Source of the DNA: Dendrobates tinctorius
Taxonomy: Eukaryota
NCBI RefSeq assembly: GCF_039654945.1
Contig: NW_027361677.1
Coordinates: 19,096,001-19,160,000 of the forward strand
Length of the DNA stretch: 64,000 nucleotides
Direction of reading: 5' to 3'
Shown here in pieces: positions 40,616-52,059 of this stretch. The notes below the pieces were generated by a model. It had not been told where the DNA came from. It searched no databases and was given only the letters and a program-made list of their open reading frames with translations. Made by a program: the position numbers and the translations under genes. Each line of letters starts with the position of its first letter. Within the stretch, counting starts at the first letter, position 1.

Positions 40616-40897
40616 GGTATGTGCACACGTTGCGGATTTTACTACATCCCCAGGTAAAATGACCTGTGGATTTAGTGCAGACTTTTTGCAGTTTTTATGT
40701 GGATTTCACCTGCGTTTTTACAACTGAATTGACATGCTGCGGATTCAAACCCGCAGCAAATCTGCGCAGAGTTTTGCACAGTGTTTTTTGTTTTACATTG
40801 AAAACAATAGTAGTGTACACCGAAGGAGAATCTGCTTTGGATTCGCAGGGCCAAATCCGCTGAGGATCCGCAGCAGAATCCGCAACATGTGCACAGT
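40616..40897. mobile_element. Harbinger/Tourist-type MITE (degenerate)
   Basis: TAA|GGGTATGTGCACACGTTGCGGATT ... AATCCGCAACATGTGCACA; related fragment at about 31868-32045. Confidence 0.55.
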
Positions 40898-41384
40898 TAG
40901 TTTTGATGAATGATTGAACTCTTCTACTTCTTTGAGAGCAAGTGAAAAATGTTGCTGAAATATGGTCAATCTGTTTTCTATGGGAGTTTAAAGGGAGTCT
41001 GTCACCCATTTTTAGTGATATCATGTAAAGATGTCACCCAATTGTGCATCCCATAAGGATTCTATTAAAAAATTTTATTCCCCCTGACCCTGCACCTTTG
41101 AGGCATAAATACGTTTATTATCTGGTTGGGGATGTATGCAAATCGCCGTGGTCCGATGGGCGTGGCTTAGTCGCCTTCTCCCCACCTCCTCGGCTTGTTG
41201 TACGTAATCTTTATCTGTGAATTTCAGATAACGTTGGTTTCCGCGCTTGCGCATTGTAAAGGCCTCCGGCGCCTATGTAGTTTATTTTGCCCAGATGTGG
41301 GCATAGCATATAATCGCTACTGCGCATGCGCCAATATTTTCCAGGGCGGTCTATGCCCCGGAAGTCTTCACATGCTGGAACACT

Positions 41385-42620
41385 AAAGTTTGCGAGCCAT
41401 TTCTCCATTAAGTGCTGTAAAAGCTGGTCATGCAAATAATAATGGTAGACTGTCCTTTCACAACAAGCTGAATGAGCTGTCTTTTAAGTAACATCTGCTA
41501 TCATTGTTACAGTAACTGTCACTTAGAAAATATCTTGTAGCTGATGTTTGAGACGCTCTTTCCTCATTTGCCTGGCGGGAAGTGCTGGGCTCTGGTTTCT
41601 TGGTGCTGTTGTGATCTTTTTCAATCACAGCTTTAACTTCTGGGTGGCAGCGTTGTAAATGTCTTTTTAGATTGGAAGCTCTTGAAGGAGCATTTTTATC
41701 ACTGCCTGAGTATGCAATGATTTTGTCATCACATTTGTTTTCATCTGGGTCTCTTATACACTGACACAATGTTTCTTAAGTCACTGTGAAATGCTCCTAC
41801 CTGGACATTTTGTAATTGTTAATTCACTCTCAAAATAGTTTTGTCCTGTAAAAAAAAATAAAGGTATATTGAAATCCTTGCAAGAATAGGGAATCGTGCA
41901 CTGTATAATTTTGGATAGAAATAAAAAAAACAATCTTTGCATAAATCAACAGACGACAAGTATAAAGTTTGTAAAATATGTTGTTGGGTAGCTTTACTCT
42001 GAACTTTCAATGTCAGGCTTGTCTCAGGGTACAGCTCACAAAATGCTTCACATCATTTCTTCAGTGTATGAAAAGAGGAGGAGGGAGGGAGCATGTTTGC
42101 GCTGAATCATATTCCAGAACACACACAAATGTCCTCATCGATCCTGTTACTGTATTTCCGAATTTCAGCTGTTAGAAAACATTTTTTCCCCTTACATTCT
42201 ATGTATAGTGTATATAAGTCATCAGAGCAGCTAATTTCTCCAAACAGGAGATTAGAGGAAAAACCAACTAAAACATCAAGCATACAGAGACATGTGCTGG
42301 ACTATTGATTTATGCAAAGTTTAGATATCCTTTAAGAAGTACTTGCTTTCCTGTTATCTCCAGAAGTTCTGAGATGAATGTAGGCATTCCTTCCCTGTGT
42401 GTTTATTTTTTTTCCCCTTATCTGTAGAAGAGCTTCACTACTTAACATGAACATAAACTGCAGCACAGATTCATATCAGGAATAGGACCGACATTTATAG
42501 GACATTTCAGAACACTCCCAAATTCTTAAGAAAAAAATATTCCCCACAAACTGCATTGAACTACTGTACCCAACTTATATATTGTCAGTCGGTCCATTGT
42601 ATTCAGACTCCACAGTCCTG
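41385..42620 (-). mobile_element. 5' fragment of a hAT transposon with BED zinc-finger remnant
   Basis: ORF 41458-41769: CQC...KC...SNLKRHLQRCHP (BED finger). Terminus CAGGACTGTGGAGTC at 42620 matches the TIR of the element at 2794-3526. Confidence 0.7.
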
Positions 42621-42810
42621 CATTTTTCCACTGCAAACAACAAACTTCTGTCTTATTTTTTTAAAAAATGCTTTGGAAAATCTAAGCAGTGGCCTAACAA
42701 TGAACTACTGGATTTAATTTTTTTATTTCTAGGACTGCAAATCTTGCATTTTGTGTGAACAGATATAGCAAAGCCATTGTATCACAACTTTGAAGTGTAA
42801 TGTGAACTCG

Positions 42811-42881
42811 GCTGCGTGATGACAAATCTCCGGAATCTCTGCATTTCTGTGATGATTCCCTTGAACCCTTTGTTCTGATGG
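42811..42881 (+). ncRNA. SNORD68: Box C/D snoRNA SNORD68, copy B, RPL13 intron 3
   Basis: Box C GTGATGA 42816-42822, the same guide TCTCCGGAATC, C' GTGATGA, TTGAACCC element and box D CTGA 42875-42878. Lies 68 nt upstream of exon 4. Confidence 0.88.
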
Positions 42882-42946
42882 CTGTTCAGTCGTCCGTCTT
42901 AATGGCTTTGGTGTATGTTGAATTTTAACAAAATGCTCTCTTGCAG

Positions 42947-43120
42947 GCTGCTGGCCTCAACAAGAGGATTGCCCGCACTATTGGGATCTCCGTGGATCAT
43001 CGTCGTCGCAACAAGTCTACAGAATCCCTGCAGGCCAATGTGCAGAGGCTTAAAGAGTACCGCTCCAAACTGATCATCTTCCCCCGCAAACCCTCCGCTC
43101 CCAAGAAGGGAGACAGCTCT
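42947..43120 (+). CDS. RPL13: RPL13 exon 4
   Basis: [58 protein letters not shown], 174 nt. Confidence 0.97.
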
Positions 43121-43309
43121 GTAAGTACTGCCATATTATATGCTGCATTATGAAGCTCATGGACATCGCATTTTCCAAGACTGATAACCTGCAGATTGCT
43201 TCCGTTCTTTCTCATCCCTCTATCCTCCCATGTGCATTGATATCTATGGTCAGAGGTTACACCAAAACACTTAAATAATCTTATACCGATGTTTTATTTC
43301 TTGTTCCAG

Positions 43310-43366
43310 GCTGAAGAATTGAAGATGGCCACCCAATTTAAGGGCACGATCATGCCGATCCGCACT
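43310..43366 (+). CDS. RPL13: RPL13 exon 5
   Basis: AEELKMATQFKGTIMPIRT, 57 nt. Confidence 0.95.
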
Positions 43367-43507
43367 GTAAGTTCTTACAATTTTTCATTCTTGATGATTT
43401 GGTTATGTACTACTTTAATTTCCCACTTTAAAAAATGATACAGCCATTCTGACATGAATTTTTTTTTTTTATAGTAAGTACACCAATCTCATTTGTGAAT
43501 AGTTTAT

Positions 43508-44288
43508 ATTATATGGACAAATGTATTGGGACACCTGCAGGAACTTCCATTTTACATTCATAGGTATTAACGTGGAGTTGGTCAATTTGTAGCTACACTG
43601 GCTTTTTATTTTCTATAAGATTTTGGAGAGGTCTGTGGGAATTTTTGCCCCTTCCTCTAGAAGAGCATTTGTGATGTCAGACCCTGATATTTGGTGAGAG
43701 GCCGGGCTCACAGTCTGTTATAGATGTTGGCTGGGGCATCTCGTATTCTTCCGCCAACCATATGTGTTATGGATCTTGTGCACTCGACAGTCATGGTGAA
43801 AAGAAGAGAGCCTTCCCCAAACTGTTGCCACAAAGCTGGAAGCTATAATTCTCCATAATGTCTTGTGCTGAAGAATTGAGAATTCCCGTCACTGGAACTA
43901 ATTGGCTGAGGCCAACCCGATGACAAACCCGTGGCGTTTTTCTCCACTAAACTGTACTGCGGGCACAAAGCAGTCAAAGGCAGGTAATGTTCTCCTAGCA
44001 TTCACCAAACCCAGCCTCCTCCATCAGACACCAAATAGAGAAGTGTGATCTGTCACTGCACAGAACACATCACCTGCAGTGTCCAGTGGTGGCGGCTTTA
44101 CACCACTCCATCCGACGCTTGGCGTATGTATGGTTACATGCAGCTACAAGGCTGTGTGTATGTTATACCAGAGGAGGTCTGGGCTCTGCATTATGGGGTC
44201 AGCCGAGTGTTGGTGACTTTTCAGTAGGACAGAATGGAAAAACTCAATTCACTGCTTAAGACTTGTCCCAATACTTTTGTCCATACAG
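43508..44288. mobile_element. Degenerate Tc1-like element
   Basis: Inverted ends TATGGACAAATGTATTGGGACA / TGTCCCAATACTTTTGTCCATA. Confidence 0.55.
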
Positions 44289-44983
44289 TAGATCTTTGTA
44301 TTGTAAAATTTGGTCAATTCCCTGTAGAGGAAAATGATGCAAATTCCTTCATGGTGGTCTCCAGGGTCTTATCTCCTCTTTGTACACATACATGCTGTCA
44401 GTGGGAACGGAATCTGCCATAAGCTCTATTAAAGGGAAGTGGGAAAGACTCATCCCTAATACGCAGGGAGAGGAGTGGGAGGAGATCCTGGAGTCTCCGA
44501 TTGGAGTATCACCATCTATTAATAACAGAATGATAGTTATATATAGTAAATCAATCATATTTGACTCCAACACGACTTTCTAGGATGGGTCGATTTCAAT
44601 CATCAGAATGTCTGCAATGTCACTAGATACGGATTTTGTTCACATGATATGGCAATGTCCCATTCTACATTATTGGAAGGAGGTGACGCTACTCTTGTGG
44701 TCCCTGGTGCGGGTCCCTGTTCCTCTTGAGCCACTGGTCTGCTTGTTTGGGGTATGGGATAAGGAGCTTTGGGGTCATTATGCCGGGATTTTTCTGTGCG
44801 AGACACTGTTTATGGCACGGAAAGTATTGACACTACGGTGGGTGGGGGGTTCATGTCTCTCCCTTAAAATGTGGATTGACCTGGTAAACTCAATTGTTCC
44901 ATACGAGCGCACGTTATATCAAAATAGGGAATGCCCGGGTAAGTTTGAAAAGATCAGGGAGAGGTGTAATTCCTCTAATCTTA

Positions 44984-45649
44984 GGGTACTGTCACACTTA
45001 GGCCGGTTTCACATTTGTGTTTAGGGCCGCAGCGTCGGCCTTCGCACAGCCGCCGCTAAGCCGGTAGCTCCGCCTCTGGGCGCATGACGCTGCATGCGTC
45101 CCCTATCATTGAGGACGCAGGCCGTGCGCAGTATGCGTTTGGCGGCGCCTGCTCCCTTTTGACGGTGCACCGAGCGCAACCAAATTGCAACAGGTTGCGT
45201 TTAAAGAGAAGGCTGGTAGTGCAATAAGAGACTGCGCTGCTGTGGTAGAATTCAAGATGTCTTTATTGCCAACGCGTTTCCTGAGCCAGTCCCAGCTCAC
45301 TTCATCAGGGCAGCGATATGACGCGGTCAGGATCGCTGGTACATCGCTAAGTGGTCGCTAGTGAGCTGCCACACAGGCAGATCTCACCAGCGACATCGCT
45401 GGGGACGGGGGTCGCTACTTACCTGTCATACTAGGCGATCCTGCGTCCTCCCTCCCGGCTCCACGCTCATCTCTCCACAGGAAGCTGATGACGAGAAACA
45501 GTCCTGGATGTTCTTGCGCGATCAGCGATACCTACGACCCGCTCCCCCGCTGGTTAAGTATCACACACGGCGATATCGCTAACAATATCGCTTTAACGTC
45601 ACAAGTTATAGCGATATTGCTAGCGATATCGCTTAGTGTGACAGGCCCT
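44984..45649. mobile_element. Harbinger/Tourist MITE nested in L1, itself interrupted at 45001-45312
   Basis: TTA|GGGTACTGTCACACTTA ... TAGTGTGACAGGCCCT|TTA. The insert 45001-45200 matches the MITE at 554-898. Confidence 0.7.
45267..45312 (-). ncRNA. Minimal type-I hammerhead ribozyme motif (Penelope-like element remnant)
   Basis: Minus strand reads TGCC-CTGATGA-AGTGAGCTGGGACTGGCTCAG-GAAAC-GC-GTT-GGCA, then AATAAA. Confidence 0.6.
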
Positions 45650-46543
45650 TTACTTCGCCAGGTTGAGACACCGCATGTGAGATGATAATATGATGTAAGA
45701 TACTAGGCTGCACAGTAGTAAATACTAGTTAATGTAGTTTGTAGTTTAGGATGATAAAGGCTTGAGATTTGACTGATTATACCTGCTACACAATGTATAG
45801 CCAGCTTTTCCTCCTGTATATTGGAGGGTTATGTGTGTATTTTTTATCATTTAAGCCGGTATGTATGTTATTCATCATCTTTGTTTAATAAACTAATTTA
45901 AAAAAAAAACCAAAAACTCCTTCATGGTGACTATACATGTTCTGATACCACGGTTGCATGAAAATTAGGCGGCTGCCTAGGTTGTTTGTAGGCTAACTAA
46001 GGAGGTGCCAGGGTACAATGCTCCCCTGCTGCTATGTAGATGGTGTCAGTCAATTCCTATAAGGCCAGCTTCTTGTTCTCATACCTGCTGTGATCTATAT
46101 GGACAGATATGTTGTTTTCCTGTGTGGTCCTATGTGGTGTCATTAGTTCTGAGACATTGTCGATTGTAATATTGGAACCTTTGCGGGTATAAAAGGCTGG
46201 AGGGGTTCCTGTATTTCTTGTATTTTTGCTTTGGGAGTGTTGGAACCAAAGATTGTGAGGACACCAGCATGAAAACTTATCTATTGGCTGCTTTTTTTTT
46301 TTGCGCTGGGTCTGTGTAGACCATCAGTAGTACATTATGGACACTTAAAGAAATATATCTGGTGCAATTCTGATATTTATGGCAACAATGTATATGATAG
46401 AATTCTTCTTGTCCTAAATTGTCTAGTAAAGAAAATGCCTTTTATTAAGAAAGTTTGTGTAGAATGTGGCTTGATCAAATGTTGCCTTTTCCTCCTTGCA
46501 CAGTTTAGGGGTCTCACAAGGTTTTTTTTTTTTTTTTATTTAG

Positions 46544-46702
<159 letters not shown>

Positions 46703-46721
46703 ATCCTCCTCTAAAACTGTT

Positions 46722-46727
46722 AATAAA
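46722..46727 (+). terminator. RPL13 polyadenylation signal AATAAA
   Basis: 19 nt after the stop, typical of short ribosomal-protein 3'UTRs. A second AATAAA overlaps the stop codon (46698-46703). Confidence 0.75.
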
Positions 46728-46795
46728 ACAATATTCTGTTCTGTCCTCGAGTCGTTCATATCGGTCTCTGCCAGCAGTCACAGAAATTGTCAGTG

Positions 46796-49700
46796 TTTCT
46801 CCTTCCCCCATGATGGCCCTACGGAGAAAGGGGAATCTGCCCATCAAGGACAGGAAACCTACAGATAAAAAGGCGGTACCTCTCTCCCGCATCAGTTGGC
46901 TTCCTGTCTCTGATAGAGAACCTACATTCGACAATGGAATCGTATAAGAGGATTGTTGTGGGATGCCAGACTGATCCAGGCATTGGTGTTTCCCTGCCTT
47001 GACTGGCATGTGGTATCCTGAGGCGCCACCTCTGGGGTCAGCGGACCTTTTAGTGTGCGTGGAAAGGCGGCAAACGAGGATCGTTACATACTGCCTCTTC
47101 ACACCAGCGCGAGACTCCAGCGCTTCGGGTAGCTAGTGCGCACTCGCTGCGTGGGCGCGCCCTATGACTCAAGCGGACACCGCGGTGCATGACTGGGTAA
47201 TCCGGTTTGGGTGCACGCGCAGCTGGCTCGATGACGTTGAGGTGCTGCAATGCATGACTGGATAAGCCACTATTAGCAGGCGTGCACCGTTTCCCAAAGC
47301 CCTCCTCGGGATAATTGGAGGATATGGATCAGGTGGCTGGGGGAGGTGCCAGGGAATATTTATACAGAGGTAAGCACTAAGGCAGTGCTAATGGAGCACG
47401 GGCAGTTCCCCCCCCCTCCGAGCTATAAGTGACCAGGAGCATCCAGAGGTGCAGGTCCGGTCACAACAGCAGCAGTGGTGGCAGCAGCAAAAGGGGAAAC
47501 GTACAGAAGGGGATCCTTCCCTTCGCCAGAAATGTAATAATGGAAATGGGTATACGGGATCCTAGCGCAGCAGGGGTTCCAGTGTGGCGTTAAGTGCAAG
47601 AGAGAATCTACGTGAAAGTCCACCTTGTAATTGGGGTCCCCCTATTCTTTTTAGGGAAAGAAAAGAACGGGCAAAACTAAGCATAGGATCTGTGCGCACG
47701 CTGTACAGAAGAGTTACCCACTACGTTAGAACAGACAATCTGTGAAGAGACCCAAGGATTTGCTTCATATCTTGGGTCTTTAATTAAAACGCTGGTAGAA
47801 AACCCTTTCAGGTCCCTTCAGGATGTGGTGAAAATAATGGCGCAAAACTAAACACAGGTCTTCTGAACCATTGTCTAGTAGTACGGAGAGTTGAGGGAAG
47901 GGACTCTGATACATCCAGTTCATCATAATCTTCGTTATCCTCCAGGGATAGAAGTGGATGCAGCTGTTGTCCTTTAGAGGAAACTGATATCCTCGTCAAG
48001 GCGGTCAGAGCCACCATGGGACTGGTAGACCCTTGCCCCAAAAAATCGGTACAGGACAATTTGGTGGGCTGGAGCAAAAAAGAGGTCCTTTCCACTAACT
48101 GAGAAAATCCAATCCCTAATTAAAAGGGAGTGGAAAAAAACAAAGGAAGGGCTTTCTTGCCCTGAAAAGGAAATATCCATTTGAGGACCCGGCATGTTAT
48201 ATTTGAGAGCAAGCGCCAAAACTTGATGTCGCAATTGCCAAAGACTCCAAAAGGTTTGTCTTACCCTTTAAGGATATGGGGGTGTTAAAGGATCCCATGG
48301 ACAAAAAAGCAGATAAGTTCCTGAAGGGTTCAAGGGAGGCTGTGAGGGTTGGGCTAAAATCCGCAGTAGCTCCCACCTTTACAGCCAGGTTTCGCTGGAC
48401 CAGCTGGTATCACAGCTGACTGAGAAAACCTCTAGAGACACTATATTAGGTTCTATACCTGTAATGAGGGCTGCTGCATGTCTAGCAGACTTGGTCAGGC
48501 TAGCTACTAGATCGGCAGTCTTCTCCAACGCAGCCCTGCGAGCCCTCTGGCTTAAGTGTTGACCTGGAGATCTCCAGACCAAGTCAAAGTTGTGCTCCAT
48601 CCCTTACGAGGGCGAGTTCTTGTTTTGCCCCATGCTGGATGATATTTTGGATAAAGTGGGGGAAAAAAGAAACTCTTCCATATCCTCTCCAATCCATCTT
48701 ACAAGAGGTCCTTTTGGAGTAAGAAATTTATTCGGAGAGCCCCCAAGAACCCAGGATAAATGGCAAGATAGGAGTAAGAGCAAGGGATTCCTGTTCAACA
48801 GTGGCCCCAATGGCAAAAAAAAAACAAAACATCCCAATGAGGATTTTCCCCAGGTGGGCGGAAGGTTCTTTCTCCCGACCTGGGAAAATATATCCAACAG
48901 CTCTTGGATATCGGACCTGATAAAATCAGGTCTAAGATGTAGTTTTCACTCTCCTCCCCATCCATCTTTCATAGTGATACCTCTGAGATCCTCAAACAAG
49001 GTCTGTTCACTGATGTCTTTACTCTCTCCATCTTGAAGGTTTGAACCTTCAGGAGCTTGTTGAGTTTTTTAAATTTAAGATCGTTCTGAACGTTCCATCT
49101 GGTTTTCTCCTTGGGAAAAGGGGAGAGTAGAATCGTTCGCCTTTTTCTTGGTGAGGGGACCTCCTGGAGAACTGCTTTCCCTACCAGACGCAGAATCTGG
49201 TAGGAAAGGCAGTTAACCATATCTTCAAAAACAGCCCTCTTGCTAGAATGGTGGTCGACTACAGACAACCCGGAGCATTACGTGGGTAATTCTAATTTCT
49301 CTGGTCTTGACAAGGGGACACGAGCCCCAGGGGTTGGGGGGCTCACCTGATGACCAGATAGCTCAGGGCGTCTGGACATAGGAATTTAAGATCAGTATCC
49401 TCAAGCAGGAAGGAACTATTGACAGTGAAGTTGGCCCTTTTAGAATTCTTGAGCACTCTTCAGTCACACCATGTGAGAGTATTCTCGGCAACCGGGTTGT
49501 GGTAGCTTATTTGATTCACCAGGGAGTAACCCGGTCCCGTCCGCATATAGAAGTGGCAAGGTCCATTTTCAAGTTAGCCGATGACAACTTGGGGTCTCTG
49601 ACTGCACTCCATATAAGGGGGTAGAGAATCTCAGGGCGAATATCCTTAGTCGGACCCAGCTGAGACAGGGCGAGTGGGAACTGAATCAGGCGGTGTTCGA

Positions 49701-50790
49701 TCAGATTGCAGAAACGTGGGGTTACTTGACCATAGATCTGTTTGCCAACAGAACAGGAAGGTAGACTTTCTGCTCAATAGATCCCATGGGGAACCCTATT
49801 GCATTGGACACCTTCATGATTCCATGGGACCACCATCTAGCATATGCCTTCCCTCCAAATGCCTTGATTTCGGCAGTTCTGAAGAAAATACGGGAGGGCA
49901 GAGCAAGAGTGATCTTAATAACCTCCTTCTGGCCAAGGAGGACATGGTTTTAATGGCTGAGGATGATGTCCATATCCAACCCTTGCATACTTCCATACCT
50001 TCTTTCCCAAGGAACTGTGCTTCATCCTCGGGTTACAAACTTGCACATGGCAGCCTGGAACTTGAAAGGGCTACCCTGAGTAATAAAGGTTATTTCACCA
50101 AATCTAGTCTCCACTTTGCTGCAAAGTAGAAAGCCTGTGACCACCAAACTATGGGAATACTTGGAGGAAATTCCTTTCAGCTTCAGGCTCCAAGTTAGAA
50201 AGGGGGGTTCCACTAACAGCCATCCTAGAGTTTCTGCAGAAGGGATTGGAAGAGGGGCCCTGTACAATTATGACCTGGCTGGGAATCTATGGATATCCAA
50301 GTTCATCAAAATATCAGCCAGGTCTAGACCCATCCCCTCTGTGTACTCCTCCGTGGGATTTAAACTTGGTCCTTGCAGCCCCAACCGAACCTCCCCTGGA
50401 ACCCTTGTCAGAGGCTTCATTTAGAATTCTGTCCCTTAAAACATCACTATTTGTAGCTCTCGCATCAGCTCGTAGGTCAGTGACATTCAGGCTTTATTAG
50501 CTTGCTCTCCCTTCACACAAATTTTACAGGATATGGTTATTCTTAAAACTGACCCGGCCTACTTTCCAAAATTGGCGTCACAATTTCACATTTCTCAGGA
50601 GATCTCTCTCCCTTCTTTTTGTCCCAATCCCAAAAATAGGGAAGAGAAGGTCTTGCGCACACACTAGAGGTCAGAAGGTGCCTAATCCAGTACCTAGTGG
50701 CCACACGAGAGTGTAGGAAGGATAAGTCTCTGTGTGCTTTCAGAGCCCTCAAAAGGGGCAAAAAGCATCTAAGGGCAAGCTGAAAACTTC
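46796..50790 (+). mobile_element. Decayed DIRS1-type tyrosine-recombinase retrotransposon
   Basis: Frameshifted remnants appear in DIRS order: gag-like (LCSIPYEGEFLFCPMLDDIL), RT/RNase H, methyltransferase-like motifs IDLFA (about 49732) and AYAFPP (about 49840), and recombinase PPWDLNLVL...PLEPL...LSLKTSLFVALASARR. Boundaries are approximate. Confidence 0.85.
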
Positions 50791-50794
50791 ATTG

Positions 50795-51995
50795 TGCATA
50801 ACTTCACCCCCTTAAAGTCAGTAATTTGTAGAGCCTCCTTTTGCGGCAATTGCAGTCTGAAATCACTGACCGGTTGAAACAAGGTTTTGCTTAAGAATAT
50901 CCATGTTTTTCGCACCATCCATCTTCCCCTCGACTAGGGCCATTCTCCCCATCACTGCTGCTGAAAAACATCCCCAGAGCATGATGCTGTAACCACCATG
51001 TATCACTGTGGGGATGGTGTTCTGGGGATGATGAGCTGTGTTGGTTTGGCGCCAGACATAGCGTTTACCTTGGTGGCCAAAAAGTTCAGTTTTGGTCTCA
51101 TCTGACCACAGCACCTTCCTCCATACATTTGAGGAGTCTCCCACATGTCTTTTGACAAACTCAAAATGAGCCTTACAATTTTTGTGTAAGTAAAGGCTTT
51201 TTTTCTACCCACTCTTCGATAAAGGCCACCTCTATGGAGTCTACAGCTTATTGTGGTCCTATAGACAGATAATCCAGTCTGCGCTTGGGAACTCTACAGC
51301 TCCTTCAGGGTTACCTTTGGTCTCTGTGCTGCTTCTGATTAATATCCTCCTTGCCTGGGCTGAGAGTTTTGGTGGGCTACCCTCTCTTGGCAGGTTTGTT
51401 GTGGTACCATGTTCTTTCCATTTTATAATAAATTTCATGGAGTTCCAGTGATCTTCAGAGATTGGGATATTTTTTATAACCCAACCCTCGACTTGTAACT
51501 TCTCAACAACTTTGTCCCTGACTTGTTTGGAGATCTCCTTGGTCTTCCTGGTGGTATTTGGAGATCTCATTGGTCTTCGTGGTGGTGTTTGGAGATCTCC
51601 TTGGTCTTCATGGTGGTGTTTGGTTAGTGGTGCCTCTTGCTTAATGGTGTTGAAGCCTCTGTGAACTTTCAGAAAAGGTAGTGTGTATACACTGACACAC
51701 AGATTGCACACAGGGGACATCCTGTGACTAAGTATGTGACTTATGAAGGTCATGGTTTGCACCAGAAATTTGTAGGGGCTTCATAGTAAAAGGGGTGAAT
51801 ACATATGCACATGCCAATGTTTAGTTATTTGATCCTATAAATTTAATTTTTGCCTAGATTTCTCACTTAACCAACTTAGACTATTTAGTACTGATACATC
51901 ACACACAAATCGGATTACAAAAATGTTGAAACACAGGTTATAATTTAAAAAAAAAAGGTAAAAGTCAAGGGGGTGGATACTCTTACAAGCCACTG
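50795..51995 (-). mobile_element. Internally deleted Tc1 transposon
   Basis: Minus-strand peptides KEISKQVRDKVV..., NLPREGSPPKLS and [13 protein letters not shown]...[13 protein letters not shown], then a jump to the C-terminus AIAAKGGSTNY*. Terminus TA|CAGTGGCTTGTAAGAGTAT at 51995. Confidence 0.9.
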
Positions 51996-52045
51996 TAACT
52001 ATTCCCTTTATTATAGCGTTATAATCTCTCCGCTTGCCTCCATCA

Positions 52046-52059
52046 GCACCAGGTGGCAG
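52046..52059 (+). promoter_or_regulatory. Candidate CTCF site
   Basis: GCACCAGGTGGCAG matches 13 of 14 positions of the core CCASYAGRKGGCRS. Confidence 0.45.

Larger units (their letters stand above)
44357..45913 (+). mobile_element. 5'-truncated L1-clade LINE interrupted by nested elements
   Basis: ORF2 C-terminal remnants (..EEWEEILES.., ..DFVHMIWQCPILHYWKEV..), AATAAA plus poly-A at about 45888-45910, and a 16-bp TSD AAA(T/C)TCCTTCATGGTG (44341-44356 / 45914-45929). Confidence 0.85.

Noticed and set aside
45480-45510. Second hammerhead-like string CTGATGACGAGAAACAGTC on the plus strand
   Set aside because: No room for stem II or a stem III loop, and no stem I pairing.
47023-47036. CTCF-like CCCAGAGGTGGCGC on the minus strand
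   Set aside because: The 5' half deviates from the consensus and the site lies in a decayed DIRS element; too weak to call.
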